Assembly: GCF_003018115.1 (NCBI RefSeq)
Contig: NZ_CP027457.1
Source: Escherichia coli
GTDB lineage: Bacteria > Pseudomonadota > Gammaproteobacteria > Enterobacterales > Enterobacteriaceae
Strand: one strand, 5' to 3'
Length of the DNA stretch: 64,000 nucleotides
Shown here: one piece after another, positions 9,419 through 21,770 of the stretch
How positions within the stretch are numbered: position 1 is the stretch's first letter
Layout of the letters: each line of letters begins with the position of its first letter
The notes under the pieces: generated by a model
Told to the model about the DNA's origin: nothing
Seen by the model: the letters and a program-made list of their open reading frames with translations, nothing else
The model's database searches: none
Program-made: the position numbers and the translations under genes

Positions 9419-9433
9419 CTGAAATGATAAATG

Positions 9434-9526
9434 GCCTGCGGTTCTCACGCAGGTCAAATCTGGTATCTGCGTAAGCTAACAAACTTGTTTATCAACAATT
9501 TCAGGCCATCCGAAGATGGCCTGAAA
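9434..9526. terminator. two hairpins (CCTGCGGTTCTCACGCAGG and TTCAGGCCATCCGAAGATGGCCTGAA) between convergent rtcB-like and mngB
   Basis: Inverted repeats read directly in the 145-bp gap between convergent 3' ends. Confidence 0.45.
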
Positions 9527-9562
9527 TTGTTGCCCCCCTTAGATACACTTTAAGCGCAATAA

Positions 9563-12196
9563 TCAGCCAAGGCGGTAGCTAAATGTCCGTGACTGCCCCG
9601 GTAAAAATGCCCCCAGTTCCTTTAAATTATCTCTTTCCGCTGTGCTGATGCTTTCATCCATCATCGTTTGCGTACATGAAATCACCTCACGACTGAACGC
9701 AACAGTTGCCTCACAGGTTGTCGATTCTGCCGGATTAAACAGTCGCAATACCACTTCTTGCCGGTCCTCCGCTTTTTTAAGAGCGCTAATCAGGCATCCC
9801 ACAGGTGGCATTTTCAGCAAGCTATAGCTTTCCGGCACATTGAATCCGGCTTTATTTAACTTCATCGCATCCCATGGGATTTTGTTGTAACACTGTACTG
9901 GCGTCAGCCATGCACGCGCCTGCTGGGCTACACCGGCGGTCGCAGGCGTACCTGTATAACTTAATAAGCTCAGACGGCAGCTAAAGGAGCCACGTAATTG
10001 TGAATCGGGCACCGGCATTTTTATGCCTGAAGGACGTCCAGGCCTTAAAAGCAGATCTTCTTTGCCCAGTAAGCCCACGCCACGCAGCAACGTAATGGCA
10101 AAGGTTTTCTTCTCTTCACCGATGACTTCAAATTCACGTAGCCCTTCGCTAAAGACAGCCATGCCGTTACGCCCTTCCTGTAAGGCTGCATAGTTGAGCA
10201 TATTCCATACCGGAACCGGCGCTTCTTTCCAGCCTTCTTGCTGCCAGTTGTTCATTGCACTGTCGTTCACGGGGCGCGTTAGCGAACCAAACTGGGTATC
10301 TGCCAGAACACTATCGGTGTTAAAAGATGTAGGGATCAGGACGCGAAGGCGATGATCGTCAGCCTGGTTATCAAGGTTGATATCCACATCAATGCGCCTG
10401 CTGTTATGACTAAGAGTGACAACCAACTCCACCCCTACTCTACCCGTGGATTGCCGGGCGCTGCGTTCTTGCAGATTACGCGGCACCGCCATTTCATAGC
10501 GGATAACAGCCCTGCTCTGCCAGGCCTCATGAATAATCTCGCATTGCGGTTTCGCATTCGCCGAAGTAATTACCCACTCTTCTTTTGCGGGTGAATAGTC
10601 ATATTCATCACCATCATCAGAGCTTTCTTCAATTTGCAATACCCGGTCATAGCGCACACCGCTGTCTTTATCTACCAGTTGTAGCGTTCCATCCTCATTG
10701 AGCGCAATTTGCCAGAAAGCATTTTCCAGTATCCCTTCAGCGTCACTTTTTGCCGCAATCACGTTGCCAGGCTGATTCGCTTCGATATAAAGCGTTCGAT
10801 AGCCCATAGAAGGGACAATCTGGTTGATCTGAATATCAAACTCCATAAAGGGATCGTAATTACCGTAATGAACGATTTGCCGATCGATTAAGCCTGGATC
10901 GATCTCACGGGCATGGCGAATAAAATACGGTACAGGCTGACCGCGATCGTCTCGTAGATTAAACTGGCTGGCGCGCAGCCGCACAGTGGTGTTAATAACT
11001 TCTTCACGCGGCCAGGGCATCAGGTTAAACAGCACAAGTTTGTCGGCATCACTCTGTGGCATGTTATCGGCAATTTTGCGCATGTAGAAACGCAGCAGAT
11101 TATCCGCCATGTCTTCAGCCAGTTCGAAGCGGGCGACGATTTCGCGATGAACTTTGTCACTACAGCAGCAGCCGATGCTGTCGTGGGCATGATTTTTTAA
11201 GATCTCTTTCCACATTTTCTCCAGCAAGCCGTGGTGGTATTCAAAACCCAACGTCCAGGCCAGCGTTGCCAGCGGTTCCAGCAGATTAACAATCTTATTT
11301 TCAATACGTGCGTGGGCAACTTTGATATCCATGCGCGTGGAACCGATGGTGCGATGCACGCGCATATATTTGCCATCAATAAATTCACCTTTCAGGGTCG
11401 CCAGACTTTCACGCTGCGCTTCAATCTGCTCGAATACCTCTTCAAAGCGGCTCATCACAAACTTTCGTTGAGGATAAATTTCGCGAAGTTTCTCCATTAC
11501 TTCGAAGATATTTTGCTGCAATGGCATCTGGTCATGACCATTCGGCAGCAAAATCTCTTTGGTTACAGACGCTTTTTCCAGCACGTCAAAATAACTGTCG
11601 AGGCGTTTGCGTAATCCGTTTTCGTCCGCAGGTAAGTACTTACCGATGGCATAACCCAACGGCAGCACCTGCGCCGTCACTTCGCTACCGTCACTGCTTT
11701 GCCACAAAAACTCGTTTTTATCAGTACCGTGGCGCTCAGAACATCCACGCCAGAACATGGTGCGGGTAATGCCAAATCCATTGTAGATATGCGGCAGTTG
11801 CCCGGACATGCCAAAGGAATCCGGTAAATAACCTATTTTCATCGGCTCGCCAAACGCGAGGCAGTCACGCATTCCGTACATCAGATTACGGACGATGGAT
11901 TCCGCAGAAACAATCGTGGTATCGGTCTGGGTATACCAGGGGCCGATAATCAACTTGCCGGCTTCTACCAGTTTCTTCACGCGGTCTTTGTTTTCCGGTT
12001 TCACCGCGAAATAATCTTCGAGGATCGCCGTTTGCCCGTCGAGTACGTAATATTTGTATTCGTTGTCCTGTTCCAGTCGGCACAGGATCTCTTCCATATT
12101 ATTGACCAGCAGAATGCGTGACTCTTCGGTGGTGAAATACCACTCCCGATCCCAGTGCATATGCGGGGTGATGTGAACGCGAGATACCGCTTTCAT
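9563..12196 (-). CDS. mngB: alpha-mannosidase (mannosylglycerate hydrolase), 877 aa
   Basis: Length and sequence fit the family 38 glycosyl hydrolase MngB; position next to mngA. Confidence 0.9.
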   Translation of the reverse strand: MKAVSRVHITPHMHWDREWYFTTEESRILLVNNMEEILCRLEQDNEYKYYVLDGQTAILEDYFAVKPENKDRVKKLVEAGKLIIGPWYTQTDTTIVSAESIVRNLMYGMRDCLAFGEPMKIGYLPDSFGMSGQLPHIYNGFGITRTMFWRGCSERHGTDKNEFLWQSSDGSEVTAQVLPLGYAIGKYLPADENGLRKRLDSYFDVLEKASVTKEILLPNGHDQMPLQQNIFEVMEKLREIYPQRKFVMSRFEEVFEQIEAQRESLATLKGEFIDGKYMRVHRTIGSTRMDIKVAHARIENKIVNLLEPLATLAWTLGFEYHHGLLEKMWKEILKNHAHDSIGCCCSDKVHREIVARFELAEDMADNLLRFYMRKIADNMPQSDADKLVLFNLMPWPREEVINTTVRLRASQFNLRDDRGQPVPYFIRHAREIDPGLIDRQIVHYGNYDPFMEFDIQINQIVPSMGYRTLYIEANQPGNVIAAKSDAEGILENAFWQIALNEDGTLQLVDKDSGVRYDRVLQIEESSDDGDEYDYSPAKEEWVITSANAKPQCEIIHEAWQSRAVIRYEMAVPRNLQERSARQSTGRVGVELVVTLSHNSRRIDVDINLDNQADDHRLRVLIPTSFNTDSVLADTQFGSLTRPVNDSAMNNWQQEGWKEAPVPVWNMLNYAALQEGRNGMAVFSEGLREFEVIGEEKKTFAITLLRGVGLLGKEDLLLRPGRPSGIKMPVPDSQLRGSFSCRLSLLSYTGTPATAGVAQQARAWLTPVQCYNKIPWDAMKLNKAGFNVPESYSLLKMPPVGCLISALKKAEDRQEVVLRLFNPAESTTCEATVAFSREVISCTQTMMDESISTAERDNLKELGAFLPGQSRTFSYRLG

Positions 12197-12213
12197 CGTC
12201 GTTTCCTTTTTGT

Positions 12214-14190
12214 TTATGGCATTACGCCATCAGTCAGATAGTTGCCATGCTTAACCGCGTGACGCCGCCAGATAAGGAGAATTGCAGTCGAGATTGCAGC
12301 CCCCACCAATGCCGCACCAAACCAGCCAATTGCCGCCATAACACCGCCCGCGCCATTATCATGAAGTAAAAAGAGCGAGAAAATGCCGGCACCGGGTGTC
12401 GAAAGGCCGATATTCATCGCGCCGACAATAGCGCCCGTTACCATAGAGCCCAGCACAAACGAACCAATAACCCGCAGCGGATCTTCAATCGCCATCGGGA
12501 TCGCCCCTTCGGTAATACCTGCCAGCCCTAACAGCCAGGTGGATTTTCCGGTCTCAATTTCAAACTCTTTAAACAGGCGCGGTGCGAGCATCGTGGAAGC
12601 GGTTACGGTAAATGCCGAAACCATTTTGACGGAGGCGAAAATGGCATACGGGCCATAAACGCCGTTCGCCATTGCGCCCAGGCAGAATGCATAAGCGGCT
12701 TTGTTCACTGGCCCTCCAAGGTCAAAGGAACACATAAAACCGAGAATGGCACCCAGCAACAGCGCGTTACTTCCTGACAGACCGTTCAGCCAGGCGGTAA
12801 GCGAGTTATTGATCCAGGCGACAGGTTCCCCCACCACAAACAGCATCAGACTGCCCGCTCCCAATGTACCGAGCACCGGGTAGAGATAAAAAGTCAGGAA
12901 TCCATTGAATTTACTGCTAAGACGCAAGTGATTTTTCACCCAGCGCATCAGATAACCGGCTATCAATCCGCCAACGACCGCGCCGAGAAACCCGGAACCG
13001 ATCATGTTGGCGGCAAGTCCAGCCGCAAAGCCTGGCGCTAACGCCGGTTTATCTGCCAGTGAATAGGCGGTATAGGCCGCGAGCACCGGCACCATCAAAA
13101 TCCCGAGCATCCCGCCGCCCAGCTTGCGGTACATCCACAGCCAGGAGTTTTCTTCATTAAACAGATCTTGTAGCCCGAAGATTTGCGACAGTAATACCGC
13201 GACCGCCAGCACCGTGCCCCCCGCGACAATCAACGGTACGGCAAAAGAGATCCCGCTCAACAGTGCCTGTTTCAGCTCCGTTTTGACACTTTTCACCGGT
13301 TGCGTATCTTGCTGTACGATACGCGTCTCATCGCTACGCTTGAGGGTAAGCGCTTGTTGAATCAAAGCTTCTGCATGGCGAATCGGCTCGGCAACAGGCA
13401 CCGAAAGCGCGGGAATGCCGTTAAAACGCTCACTCTCCTTGATGGCGACTTCAGCCGCAAAAATACAGGCAGTTGCACTATTGAGTTGATCCGCCGTTAA
13501 ACGCCCTTCAATGCCGTTAGCACCTTGCTTTTCAACGTAGACATTCACGCCGAGTTTGCGTCCGGCTTTTTCCAGATACTCCGCAGCCATGTAGGTGTGA
13601 GCAATACCCGCCGGGCAGGCCGTTACGCAGACAATAGTTGGCGCGTTGGAAAAAGAGGCAGAAGGTTGCGTGCCTCCCTTGTCATCCAGCGCCGAGAGCA
13701 ATTCATCAGGCGTCGTCGCCGACTGTATACGCGCCCGAATCTCATCATCCGCCAGGCGCGTGGTCAGCGCTGTCAGCAGTTGCATATGCGTAGTACCCGC
13801 TTCATTGGGGGGAATCGCCAGCAACACCACTAAATCAACCGCTTCCGGGCCATCAACGCCTTCCCACTGAAGCGGCTCGCTGAGTGTGGCGACCGCAAAC
13901 GCCGCTTCTTTTACCGCAGCAGTTTTGCCATGCGGCACAGCCAACCCTTCACCTAAGGCGGTCGGGCCAAGGCTTTCACGGCGATACACTTCTTCCAGAA
14001 ATTGCTCAGTACTGGAAATTTTCCCCAGAGCAGCAAGACGTTGAGTCAACGCGTGGATGGCCTCTTCACGGCTGGTAAAGCGCGCATTCAGACACAACGC
14101 ATCGCGGTGGGTCAGAGTCGTCAGATTCATCATGATCCTCACTTGATCGTTTTTATAGTCGCGCCAGTGTGCCCGATAAAACAATACCAT
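12214..14190 (-). CDS. mngA: PTS 2-O-alpha-mannosyl-D-glycerate-specific EIIABC component, 658 aa
   Basis: N-terminal EIIA-like region, then EIIB and a hydrophobic EIIC domain; synteny with mngR and mngB. Confidence 0.9.
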   Translation of the reverse strand: MVLFYRAHWRDYKNDQVRIMMNLTTLTHRDALCLNARFTSREEAIHALTQRLAALGKISSTEQFLEEVYRRESLGPTALGEGLAVPHGKTAAVKEAAFAVATLSEPLQWEGVDGPEAVDLVVLLAIPPNEAGTTHMQLLTALTTRLADDEIRARIQSATTPDELLSALDDKGGTQPSASFSNAPTIVCVTACPAGIAHTYMAAEYLEKAGRKLGVNVYVEKQGANGIEGRLTADQLNSATACIFAAEVAIKESERFNGIPALSVPVAEPIRHAEALIQQALTLKRSDETRIVQQDTQPVKSVKTELKQALLSGISFAVPLIVAGGTVLAVAVLLSQIFGLQDLFNEENSWLWMYRKLGGGMLGILMVPVLAAYTAYSLADKPALAPGFAAGLAANMIGSGFLGAVVGGLIAGYLMRWVKNHLRLSSKFNGFLTFYLYPVLGTLGAGSLMLFVVGEPVAWINNSLTAWLNGLSGSNALLLGAILGFMCSFDLGGPVNKAAYAFCLGAMANGVYGPYAIFASVKMVSAFTVTASTMLAPRLFKEFEIETGKSTWLLGLAGITEGAIPMAIEDPLRVIGSFVLGSMVTGAIVGAMNIGLSTPGAGIFSLFLLHDNGAGGVMAAIGWFGAALVGAAISTAILLIWRRHAVKHGNYLTDGVMP

Positions 14191-14299
14191 TATGTGATCA
14201 ATTTCACTTGATTGAAATTATTTGTATTTTATTTGTATTATTTACAGGATGAGTTTATCGGGCATAATGGCTAAATTCGTATTAATGAGATGCTAAATC

Positions 14300-15022
14300 A
14301 TGGGACGGAAACCCTTATACCGACAGATTGCTGATCGCATTCGTGAGCAAATTGCGCGTGGCGAGCTTAAACCTGGCGATGCGTTACCCACTGAATCAGC
14401 GCTACAAACAGAGTTTGGCGTCAGCCGGGTTACGGTGCGCCAGGCTTTGCGCCAGTTAGTTGAACAGCAGATCCTCGAAAGTATTCAGGGCAGCGGGACT
14501 TACGTAAAAGAAGAGCGAGTCAATTACGATATTTTTCAGTTAACCAGTTTTGATGAAAAACTGACGGACCGTCACGTCGATACACACAGTGAAGTTCTGA
14601 TATTCGAAGTGATTCCGGCTGACGATTTTCTTCAGCAACAGCTACAAATCACCCCGCAGGATCGTGTGTGGCATGTGAAGCGCGTGCGCTATCGCAAGCA
14701 AAAGCCAATGGCGCTGGAAGAAACCTGGATGCCGCTTGCGTTGTTCCCGGATCTCACCTGGCAGGTCATGGAAAATTCGAAATATCACTTTATCGAAGAA
14801 GTGAAGAAAATGGTTATCGATCGTAGCGAACAGGAAATCATTCCTCTGATGCCAACCGAAGAGATGAGCCGTCTGCTTAATATCAGCCAGACAAAGCCGA
14901 TTCTTGAAAAAGTATCGCGTGGATATTTAGTTGATGGTCGGGTGTTTGAATATAGCCGCAACGCTTTTAATACCGATGACTATAAATTTACCCTGATAGC
15001 GCAGCGAAAATCATCGCGATAA
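14300..15022 (+). CDS. mngR: GntR/HutC-family repressor, 240 aa
   Basis: N-terminal GntR HTH (LPTESALQTEFGVSRVTVRQAL); divergent from mngA. Confidence 0.9.
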   Translation: MGRKPLYRQIADRIREQIARGELKPGDALPTESALQTEFGVSRVTVRQALRQLVEQQILESIQGSGTYVKEERVNYDIFQLTSFDEKLTDRHVDTHSEVLIFEVIPADDFLQQQLQITPQDRVWHVKRVRYRKQKPMALEETWMPLALFPDLTWQVMENSKYHFIEEVKKMVIDRSEQEIIPLMPTEEMSRLLNISQTKPILEKVSRGYLVDGRVFEYSRNAFNTDDYKFTLIAQRKSSR

Positions 15023-15024
15023 GC

Positions 15025-15125
15025 ACAAAAAAGGCCATCATACGATGGCCAACCATGTCGAAACCGACAGCCCTTCGCCATTCCTGTAGAGGGAAGCGGC
15101 GAGGGCTATTTCTTATTACAGATAT
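15025..15125 (-). ncRNA. sdhX: SdhX-type sRNA from the sucD 3' UTR, ending at a Rho-independent terminator (GGCCATCGTATGATGGCC + T-run on the minus strand)
   Basis: Hairpin and T-run seen directly downstream of the sucD stop. Assignment rests on established knowledge that the sdh-suc operon 3' UTR encodes SdhX; exact ends not determined. Confidence 0.5.
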
Positions 15126-15995
15126 TTATTTCAGAACAGTTTTCAGTGCTTCACCGATATCCGCCAGGCTGCGAACGGTTTTCACGCCTGCGGCTTCCAG
15201 AGCAGCGAATTTCTCATCCGCAGTCCCTTTACCACCGGCAATGATGGCACCCGCGTGGCCCATACGTTTGCCTTTCGGCGCAGTCACACCAGCGATGTAA
15301 CCCACAACTGGCTTGGTAACGTGCTCTTTGATGTACGCAGCCGCTTCTTCTTCAGCGCTACCGCCGATCTCACCGATCATCACGATCGCTTCGGTCTGCG
15401 GATCTTTTTCGAACATTTCGAGAATGTCGATAAAGTTAGAGCCAGGGATCGGGTCACCGCCGATACCGACACAGGTCGACTGACCGAAACCGTAATCTGT
15501 GGTCTGTTTAACCGCTTCATAGGTCAGTGTACCGGAACGGGAAACGATACCCACTTTACCCGGTTTGTGAATGTGACCCGGTTGGATACCAATTTTGCAT
15601 TCACCCGGGGTGATAACGCCCGGGCAGTTCGGGCCGATCATACGAACGCCGGCTTCATCCAGTTTCACTTTCACAGTCAGCATATCCAGCGTCGGGATGC
15701 CTTCAGTGATGGTGATAATCAGTTTGATGCCTGCGTCGATGGCTTCCAGAATGGAGTCTTTGCAGAACGGTGCTGGCACATAGATAACAGAAGCGGTAGC
15801 GCCAGTGGCAGCAACAGCTTCACGCACGGTGTTGAACACCGGCAGGCCGAGGTGGGTAGTACCGCCTTTACCTGGAGTTACACCGCCAACCATTTTGGTG
15901 CCGTAGGCAATGGCCTGTTCAGAGTGGAAAGTCCCCTGGCTACCAGTAAAGCCCTGGCAGATAACCTTGGTGTTTTTATCAATTAAAATGGACAT
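15126..15995 (-). CDS. sucD: succinyl-CoA synthetase alpha subunit, 289 aa
   Basis: Near-exact recall of E. coli SucD ([28 protein letters not shown]...). Confidence 0.95.
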
Positions 15996-17161
15996 TATTT
16001 CCCCTCCACTGCGGCAACAACCTGCTGAGCTGCATCCGTCAGACCTTTTGCTGCAATAATATTCAGGCCGCTGTCAGCCAGTTTCTTCGCGCCGAGTTCG
16101 GCGTTGTTACCTTCCAGACGTACCACGACCGGTACGTTAACACCCACTTCCGCTACCGCGCCGATGATACCGTCAGCGATCAGGTCGCAACGAACGATAC
16201 CGCCGAAGATGTTAACCAGAACGGCTTTCACTTTGTCGTCAGAGAGGATGATTTTGAACGCTTCGGTTACACGTTCTTTGGTTGCGCCGCCGCCAACGTC
16301 AAGGAAGTTAGCTGGTTCGCCGCCGTGCAGTTTAACGATGTCCATCGTACCCATCGCCAGACCTGCGCCGTTAACCATACAACCGATGTTACCGTCCAGC
16401 GCAACGTAGTTCAGTTCCCACTGTGCAGCCTGTGCTTCACGTGGATCTTCCTGCGACTGGTCACGCATTTCGCGCAGATCAGGCTGGCGGAACAGTGCGT
16501 TGCCATCAGCGCCCAGTTTGCCGTCGAGGCAAATCAGATCGCCCTGTTTGGTAATGACCAGCGGGTTGATTTCGATCAGCGCCAGGTCACGCTCCAGGAA
16601 AATGGTCGCCAGGCCCATGAAGATTTTGGTGAACTGCTGAACCAGTTTACCTTCCAGACCCAGTTTGAACGCCAGCTCGCGTCCCTGATACGGCATCGGG
16701 CCTGTCAGCGGATCAAGCGCAACTTTATGGATCAGGTGCGGAGTTTCTTCCGCCACTTTTTCGATTTCCACGCCGCCTTCGGTGGAGGCCATAAAGACCA
16801 CACGACGGGAACTACGGTCTACAACGGCACCGAGATACAGCTCTTTAGCGATATCGGTCGCTGCTTCAACCAGAATCTGGTTAACCGGTTGGCCATTGGC
16901 ATCTGTTTGATACGTTACCAGACGCTTGCCGAGCCAGTTTTCTGCAAAAGCACGGATGTCTTCTTTGCTGTTTACAACTTTCACACCGCCCGCTTTACCG
17001 CGGCCACCAGCGTGAACCTGACATTTCACTACCCACGGACCGGCACCGATTTTTGAAGCGGCTTCTTCTGCTTCGCGCGGAGTAGTACAGGCATAACCCA
17101 CCGGTGCTGGTAAGCCATAGCGGGCAAACAGTTGTTTTGCCTGATATTCATGTAAGTTCAT
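15995..17161 (-). CDS. sucC: succinyl-CoA synthetase beta subunit, 388 aa
   Basis: [19 protein letters not shown]-terminus; 1-nt stop/start overlap with sucD. Confidence 0.95.
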
Positions 17162-17239
17162 GTGTTCTGTCCATCCTTCAGTAATCGTTATCTTTTAAAC
17201 CGTAGACCGAATATTTCGTATCGCTTCCGGGTATTGTCG

Positions 17240-17415
17240 GTCACCCGTAGGCCTGATAAGACGTGTAAGCGTCGCATCTGGCATCGCTTGTCGGATGCGG
17301 CGCGAGCGCCTTATCCGACCTACATCGGTGCTTCCCGTAGGCCTGATAAGACGCGTTAAGCGTCGCATCAGGCTTCAATTGCCGGAGAAAGCAATAATGT
17401 CTTATCCGGTCTACA
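17240..17415. repeat. cluster of REP (repetitive extragenic palindromic) units in the sucB-sucC intergenic region
   Basis: Repeated GCCTGATAAGACG...CGTCGCATC(A/T)GGC and GCCGGATGCGGCG...CCTTATCCG palindromic units. Confidence 0.7.
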
Positions 17416-17436
17416 GTGCAGGTGAAACTTAAACTA

Positions 17437-18654
17437 CTACACGTCCAGCAGCAGACGCGTCGGATCTTCCAGCAACTCTTTGATCGTTACGAGGAAGCCC
17501 ACGGATTCGCGACCATCGATCAGACGGTGATCGTAGGACAGCGCCAGGTACATCATCGGCAGGATCTCAACCTGACCATTCACCGCCATCGGACGATCTT
17601 TGATAGCGTGCATACCCAGAATTGCGCTCTGCGGCGGGTTGATGATAGGCGTAGACATCAGGGAACCGAACACACCACCGTTGGTGATGGTGAAGTTACC
17701 ACCGGTCAGATCTTCAACCGTCAGCTTGCCGTCACGGCCTTTAACTGCCAGCTCTTTGATTTTCTTCTCGATGTCTGCCATGCCGAGGGTATCGACATCA
17801 CGCAGTACCGGCGTCACCAGGCCGCGCGGCGTAGAAACCGCCATGCTGACGTCGAAATAGTTGTGGTAAACCACGTCATCGCCGTCGATAGAAGCATTCA
17901 CTTCCGGGTAACGTTTCAGGGCTTCAACCACCGCTTTCACGTAGAAGGACATAAAGCCCAGACGGATGCCGTGGCGTTTTTCAAACGCTTCACCGTACTG
18001 CTTACGCAGATCCATAATCGGCTTCATGTTGACTTCGTTGAACGTGGTCAGCATGGCGGTGGAGTTTTTCGCTTCCAGCAGACGCTCTGCCACACGCTTA
18101 CGCAGGCGAGTCATCGGGACACGTTTTTCACTACGTGCAGCCAGAGCCGGTTGCGCCGCCGGAGCAGCCGCTGCCGGTGCAGACTCTTTCGCCGGGGATT
18201 TCGCCAGATGTTTTTCCACATCTTCACGGGTCAGACGACCACCCACACCGGTGCCTTTAATGGCGCTGGCGTCGAGGTTATGTTCAGCCAGCAAGCGACG
18301 GATCGCCGGGCTTAACGCATCGTTGTTTTGCTCTTCCAGAGACGCCTGCTGGCGTTGCGCCGGAGTGGACGCTTTCTCTTCAGATTTGGCGCTGGTTTCT
18401 TTACCGGCGCTGTTGCCTTCACGCAGGCGACCAAGGATCTGACGAGACGTTACCGTTGTACCTTCATCTTCCAGAACCGCATCCAGAATGCCGTCTGCTG
18501 ATGCCGGTACTTCCAGTACCACTTTGTCAGTTTCGATTTCTACCAGCACTTCATCACGTACGACTGCGTCGCCGGGTTTTTTATGCCAGGTTGCGACGGT
18601 GGCATCGGCTACGGATTCAGGCAGGTCAGGGACCAGAATATCTACGCTACTCAT
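17437..18654 (-). CDS. sucB: 2-oxoglutarate dehydrogenase E2 (dihydrolipoyl succinyltransferase), 405 aa
   Basis: Lipoyl domain at the N-terminus, Ala/Pro-rich linker, catalytic domain with the DHRLIDG motif. Confidence 0.95.
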   Translation of the reverse strand: MSSVDILVPDLPESVADATVATWHKKPGDAVVRDEVLVEIETDKVVLEVPASADGILDAVLEDEGTTVTSRQILGRLREGNSAGKETSAKSEEKASTPAQRQQASLEEQNNDALSPAIRRLLAEHNLDASAIKGTGVGGRLTREDVEKHLAKSPAKESAPAAAAPAAQPALAARSEKRVPMTRLRKRVAERLLEAKNSTAMLTTFNEVNMKPIMDLRKQYGEAFEKRHGIRLGFMSFYVKAVVEALKRYPEVNASIDGDDVVYHNYFDVSMAVSTPRGLVTPVLRDVDTLGMADIEKKIKELAVKGRDGKLTVEDLTGGNFTITNGGVFGSLMSTPIINPPQSAILGMHAIKDRPMAVNGQVEILPMMYLALSYDHRLIDGRESVGFLVTIKELLEDPTRLLLDV

Positions 18655-18668
18655 TGTGTATCCTTTAT

Positions 18669-21470
18669 TTATTCGACGTTCAGCGCGTCATTAACCAGAT
18701 CTTGTTGCTGTTTCTGGTGAACGGACATATACCCTACCGCCGGAGAGGCGGAGGCCGGGCGGCCTGCATAACGCAGAGAAGCCCCAAACGGAATCACTTC
18801 ACGGAAATGATGCTGGCTGCAGTACCATGCGCCCTGGTTGAGCGGCTCTTCCTGGCACCAGACAAAATCCTTGACGTGAGCAAACTGCTGCAACACTTCC
18901 TGCATCGCTTTATGCGGGAACGGGTAGAGTTGCTCGATACGCACAATGGCGACATCGTGTTGATTGTTCTTACGACGTTGTTCCAGCAGGTCGTAATAAA
19001 CCTTACCAGAACACATCACTACGCGCTTCACGCCCTTCGGATCAAGCTCGTCGATTTCACCGATGGCTGGCAGGAAGGTGCCGTTCGCCAGTTCTTCGAG
19101 GCTGGAAACCGCCAGCGGATGACGCAGCAGGGATTTCGGCGACATCACGACCAGCGGACGACGCATCCCGCGCAGCGCCTGACGACGCAGCATGTGGTAA
19201 ACCTGTGCCGGGGTAGACGGTACGCACACCTGCATGTTTTGCTCAGCACAAAGTTGCAGATAACGTTCCAGACGCGCGGAGGAGTGCTCCGGCCCCTGCC
19301 CTTCGTAACCGTGCGGCAGCAACATCACCAGACCACACATCCGGCCCCATTTCTGTTCGCCAGAGGAGATGAACTGGTCGATAACCACCTGCGCACCGTT
19401 GGCGAAGTCACCGAACTGAGCTTCCCAGATAGTCAGAGTGCGTGGTTCTGCGGTGGCATAACCGTATTCAAACGCCAGCACTGCTTCTTCAGAAAGTACG
19501 GAGTCCCAGACACGGAACGCGCCCTGGCCGTTATGGATGTGTTGCAGCGGCGTGTAAGTGGAACCGTTAGACTGGTTGTGGATCACCGCGTGGCGGTGGA
19601 AGAACGTACCGCGACCGGAGTCTTCACCCGACAGGCGAACCGGAATGCCTTCATCAACCAGCGTGGCGTAAGCGAGGTTTTCCGCGCCGCCCCAGTCGAA
19701 CAGTTTCTCACCGGCTGCCATTGCCTGGCGATCGCCATAAATCTTGGCAACGCGAGACTGCATTTCAACTGCTTCCGGCACCGTGCTGATGCGTTTAGCC
19801 AGTTCCTGCAGGCGCTTCATCTCAACTTTGTTCGGGTACTCTTCGTCCCATTCGTGGTTGAGGTACGGCGACCAGGTGAAAGAGTGCATGTTCATCGGAC
19901 GCCACTCTGCCACTACGCAATCGCCAGCATCCAGCGCATCGCGGTACAGGTTAACCATCTCGGTGGCATCTTCCAGCGTCGCCACTTTTTCCTGCTCCAG
20001 CTTGTCAGCATAGATTTTGCGCGGCGTCGGATGTTTTTTGATTTTCTGATACATCAGCGGCTGGGTTGCGCTCGGCTCGTCGGCTTCGTTGTGGCCGTGA
20101 CGGCGGTAGCACACCAGGTCGATGAAGACATCACGTTTAAAGGTGTTACGGAAATCGAGCGCCAGACGGGTCACAAAGGCAACGGCTTCCGGATCATCCG
20201 CGTTAACGTGGAAAATCGGTGCCTGAACCATCTTACCGATATCAGTACAGTACGGTGTAGAACGAGCATCCAGCGGATTAGAGGTGGTGAAACCAACCTG
20301 GTTGTTGATAACGATACGTACCGTACCGCCAACTTCATAACCACGCGCTTTCGACATGTTCAGAGTTTCCTGAACCACGCCCTGCCCGGTCACTGCGGCG
20401 TCACCGTGGATGGTGATTGGCAGCACTTTGTTGCTGCTCGGCTCATCAAGTCTGTCCAGACGGGCACGAACAGAACCGATAACTACCGGGCTTACAATCT
20501 CAAGGTGAGACGGGTTAAACGCCAGCGCCAGGTGCACCAGGCCGCCATCGGTCTGGAAGTCAGACGAGAAGCCCATGTGGTATTTCACGTCACCCGTGCC
20601 GAGGTGTTCTTTATGTTTACCGGCAAACTCGTCGAACAAGTCTTGCGGTTTTTTACCCAGCACGTTCACCAGCACGTTCAGACGACCACGGTGCGCCATC
20701 CCGAGAACCACTTCCCGGGTGCCGCTGTTGCCAGCGTGGCGGATCATCTCTTTAAGCATCGGGATTAACGCGTCACCGCCTTCCAGCGAGAAGCGTTTTG
20801 CGCCAGGGAATTTTGCGCCGAGGTAACGTTCAAGGCCTTCAGCGGCGGTCAGTTCGCTTAAGAAGCGTTTTTTCTCTTCGCTATTGAAAGTCGCGCGACC
20901 AGACTCGAAACGCTGTTGGATCCAGCGTTTTTCTTCGGTGCTGGTGATGTGCATATACTCGGCACCAATCGGGCCGCAGTAGGTTTGCTTGAGGGCTTCC
21001 AGCAGCTCGCCGAGTTTCATGGTTTCTTTGCCGCTGGCAAATGAACCGACGTTGAAGGTCTCCTGGAAGTCTGCTTCGGTCAGATCGTGGAAAGACGGAT
21101 CCAGATCGGCCACTTTATCTTGCTGCCACAGTCCCAGCGGATCGAGATTCGCATGCTGGTGACCACGGAAGCGGTATGCGTTAATGAGCTGCAGGACTTT
21201 AACCTGCTTCACATTGGTGTCAGGGTCGGAGATCGTTGAAGAGTAACGTGAAGCGTCTTTCGCCAGGCGGCGGAAATATTCACGCGTTTGAGAGTGGAAT
21301 TGATCCGGTTTGACTCCCGTACCAGGTAACTGCTGGAACGTCGAACGCCAGTTAGCGTCAACCGAGTCAGGATCGGTTAAGAAGTCTTCATAGAGCTGTT
21401 CTATCCAGCTCTGGTTTGCGCCAGAGAGGTAAGAAGAGTCCAACCAGGCTTTCAAAGCGCTGTTCTGCAT
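18669..21470 (-). CDS. sucA: 2-oxoglutarate dehydrogenase E1 component, 933 aa
   Basis: [39 protein letters not shown]-terminus; length and synteny. Confidence 0.95.
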   Translation of the reverse strand: MQNSALKAWLDSSYLSGANQSWIEQLYEDFLTDPDSVDANWRSTFQQLPGTGVKPDQFHSQTREYFRRLAKDASRYSSTISDPDTNVKQVKVLQLINAYRFRGHQHANLDPLGLWQQDKVADLDPSFHDLTEADFQETFNVGSFASGKETMKLGELLEALKQTYCGPIGAEYMHITSTEEKRWIQQRFESGRATFNSEEKKRFLSELTAAEGLERYLGAKFPGAKRFSLEGGDALIPMLKEMIRHAGNSGTREVVLGMAHRGRLNVLVNVLGKKPQDLFDEFAGKHKEHLGTGDVKYHMGFSSDFQTDGGLVHLALAFNPSHLEIVSPVVIGSVRARLDRLDEPSSNKVLPITIHGDAAVTGQGVVQETLNMSKARGYEVGGTVRIVINNQVGFTTSNPLDARSTPYCTDIGKMVQAPIFHVNADDPEAVAFVTRLALDFRNTFKRDVFIDLVCYRRHGHNEADEPSATQPLMYQKIKKHPTPRKIYADKLEQEKVATLEDATEMVNLYRDALDAGDCVVAEWRPMNMHSFTWSPYLNHEWDEEYPNKVEMKRLQELAKRISTVPEAVEMQSRVAKIYGDRQAMAAGEKLFDWGGAENLAYATLVDEGIPVRLSGEDSGRGTFFHRHAVIHNQSNGSTYTPLQHIHNGQGAFRVWDSVLSEEAVLAFEYGYATAEPRTLTIWEAQFGDFANGAQVVIDQFISSGEQKWGRMCGLVMLLPHGYEGQGPEHSSARLERYLQLCAEQNMQVCVPSTPAQVYHMLRRQALRGMRRPLVVMSPKSLLRHPLAVSSLEELANGTFLPAIGEIDELDPKGVKRVVMCSGKVYYDLLEQRRKNNQHDVAIVRIEQLYPFPHKAMQEVLQQFAHVKDFVWCQEEPLNQGAWYCSQHHFREVIPFGASLRYAGRPASASPAVGYMSVHQKQQQDLVNDALNVE

Positions 21471-21647
21471 CGTGATCCCTTAAGCATCTTTTTTATGCTT
21501 ACTTCGCCGTGGATACTACCACGCACAGTGATGTGCGTGCCGGGGTTCACTTGCGAGCTCTTGTCTACGTAGTGGCTCGCGAAGGAACCTTTAAAAACTG
21601 TCTTAGTGTCAGGGGCAGTTTTTAAAGATTTCCTGCATTTCTTTGTT

Positions 21648-21768
21648 ACGCCTGATGCGCTGCGCTTATCAGGCCTACGGGTAATGACTTGTAGGCCGGA
21701 TAAGGCATTCACGCCGCATCCGGCACTGGTTGCCTGATGCGACGCTTGCGCGTCTTATCAGGCCTACG
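21648..21768. repeat. REP units in the sdhB-sucA intergenic region
   Basis: Palindromic GCCTGATGCG/CGCATCCGGC-type units read directly. Confidence 0.65.
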
Positions 21769-21770
21769 GT

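Noticed and set aside
15255-17056. Two 243-aa plus-strand ORFs
   Set aside because: Antisense to sucD and sucC.
17240-17415. Possible CRISPR array suggested by repeated palindromic units
   Set aside because: The units are REP elements with variable orientation and no uniform repeat-spacer periodicity; no cas genes are present in the window.
18456-20768. 770-aa plus-strand ORF, the longest unexplained ORF in the track
   Set aside because: It lies entirely antisense to sucA, whose identity is unambiguous. Its translation is Arg/His-rich low-complexity sequence, typical of the reverse frame of a GC-rich gene.
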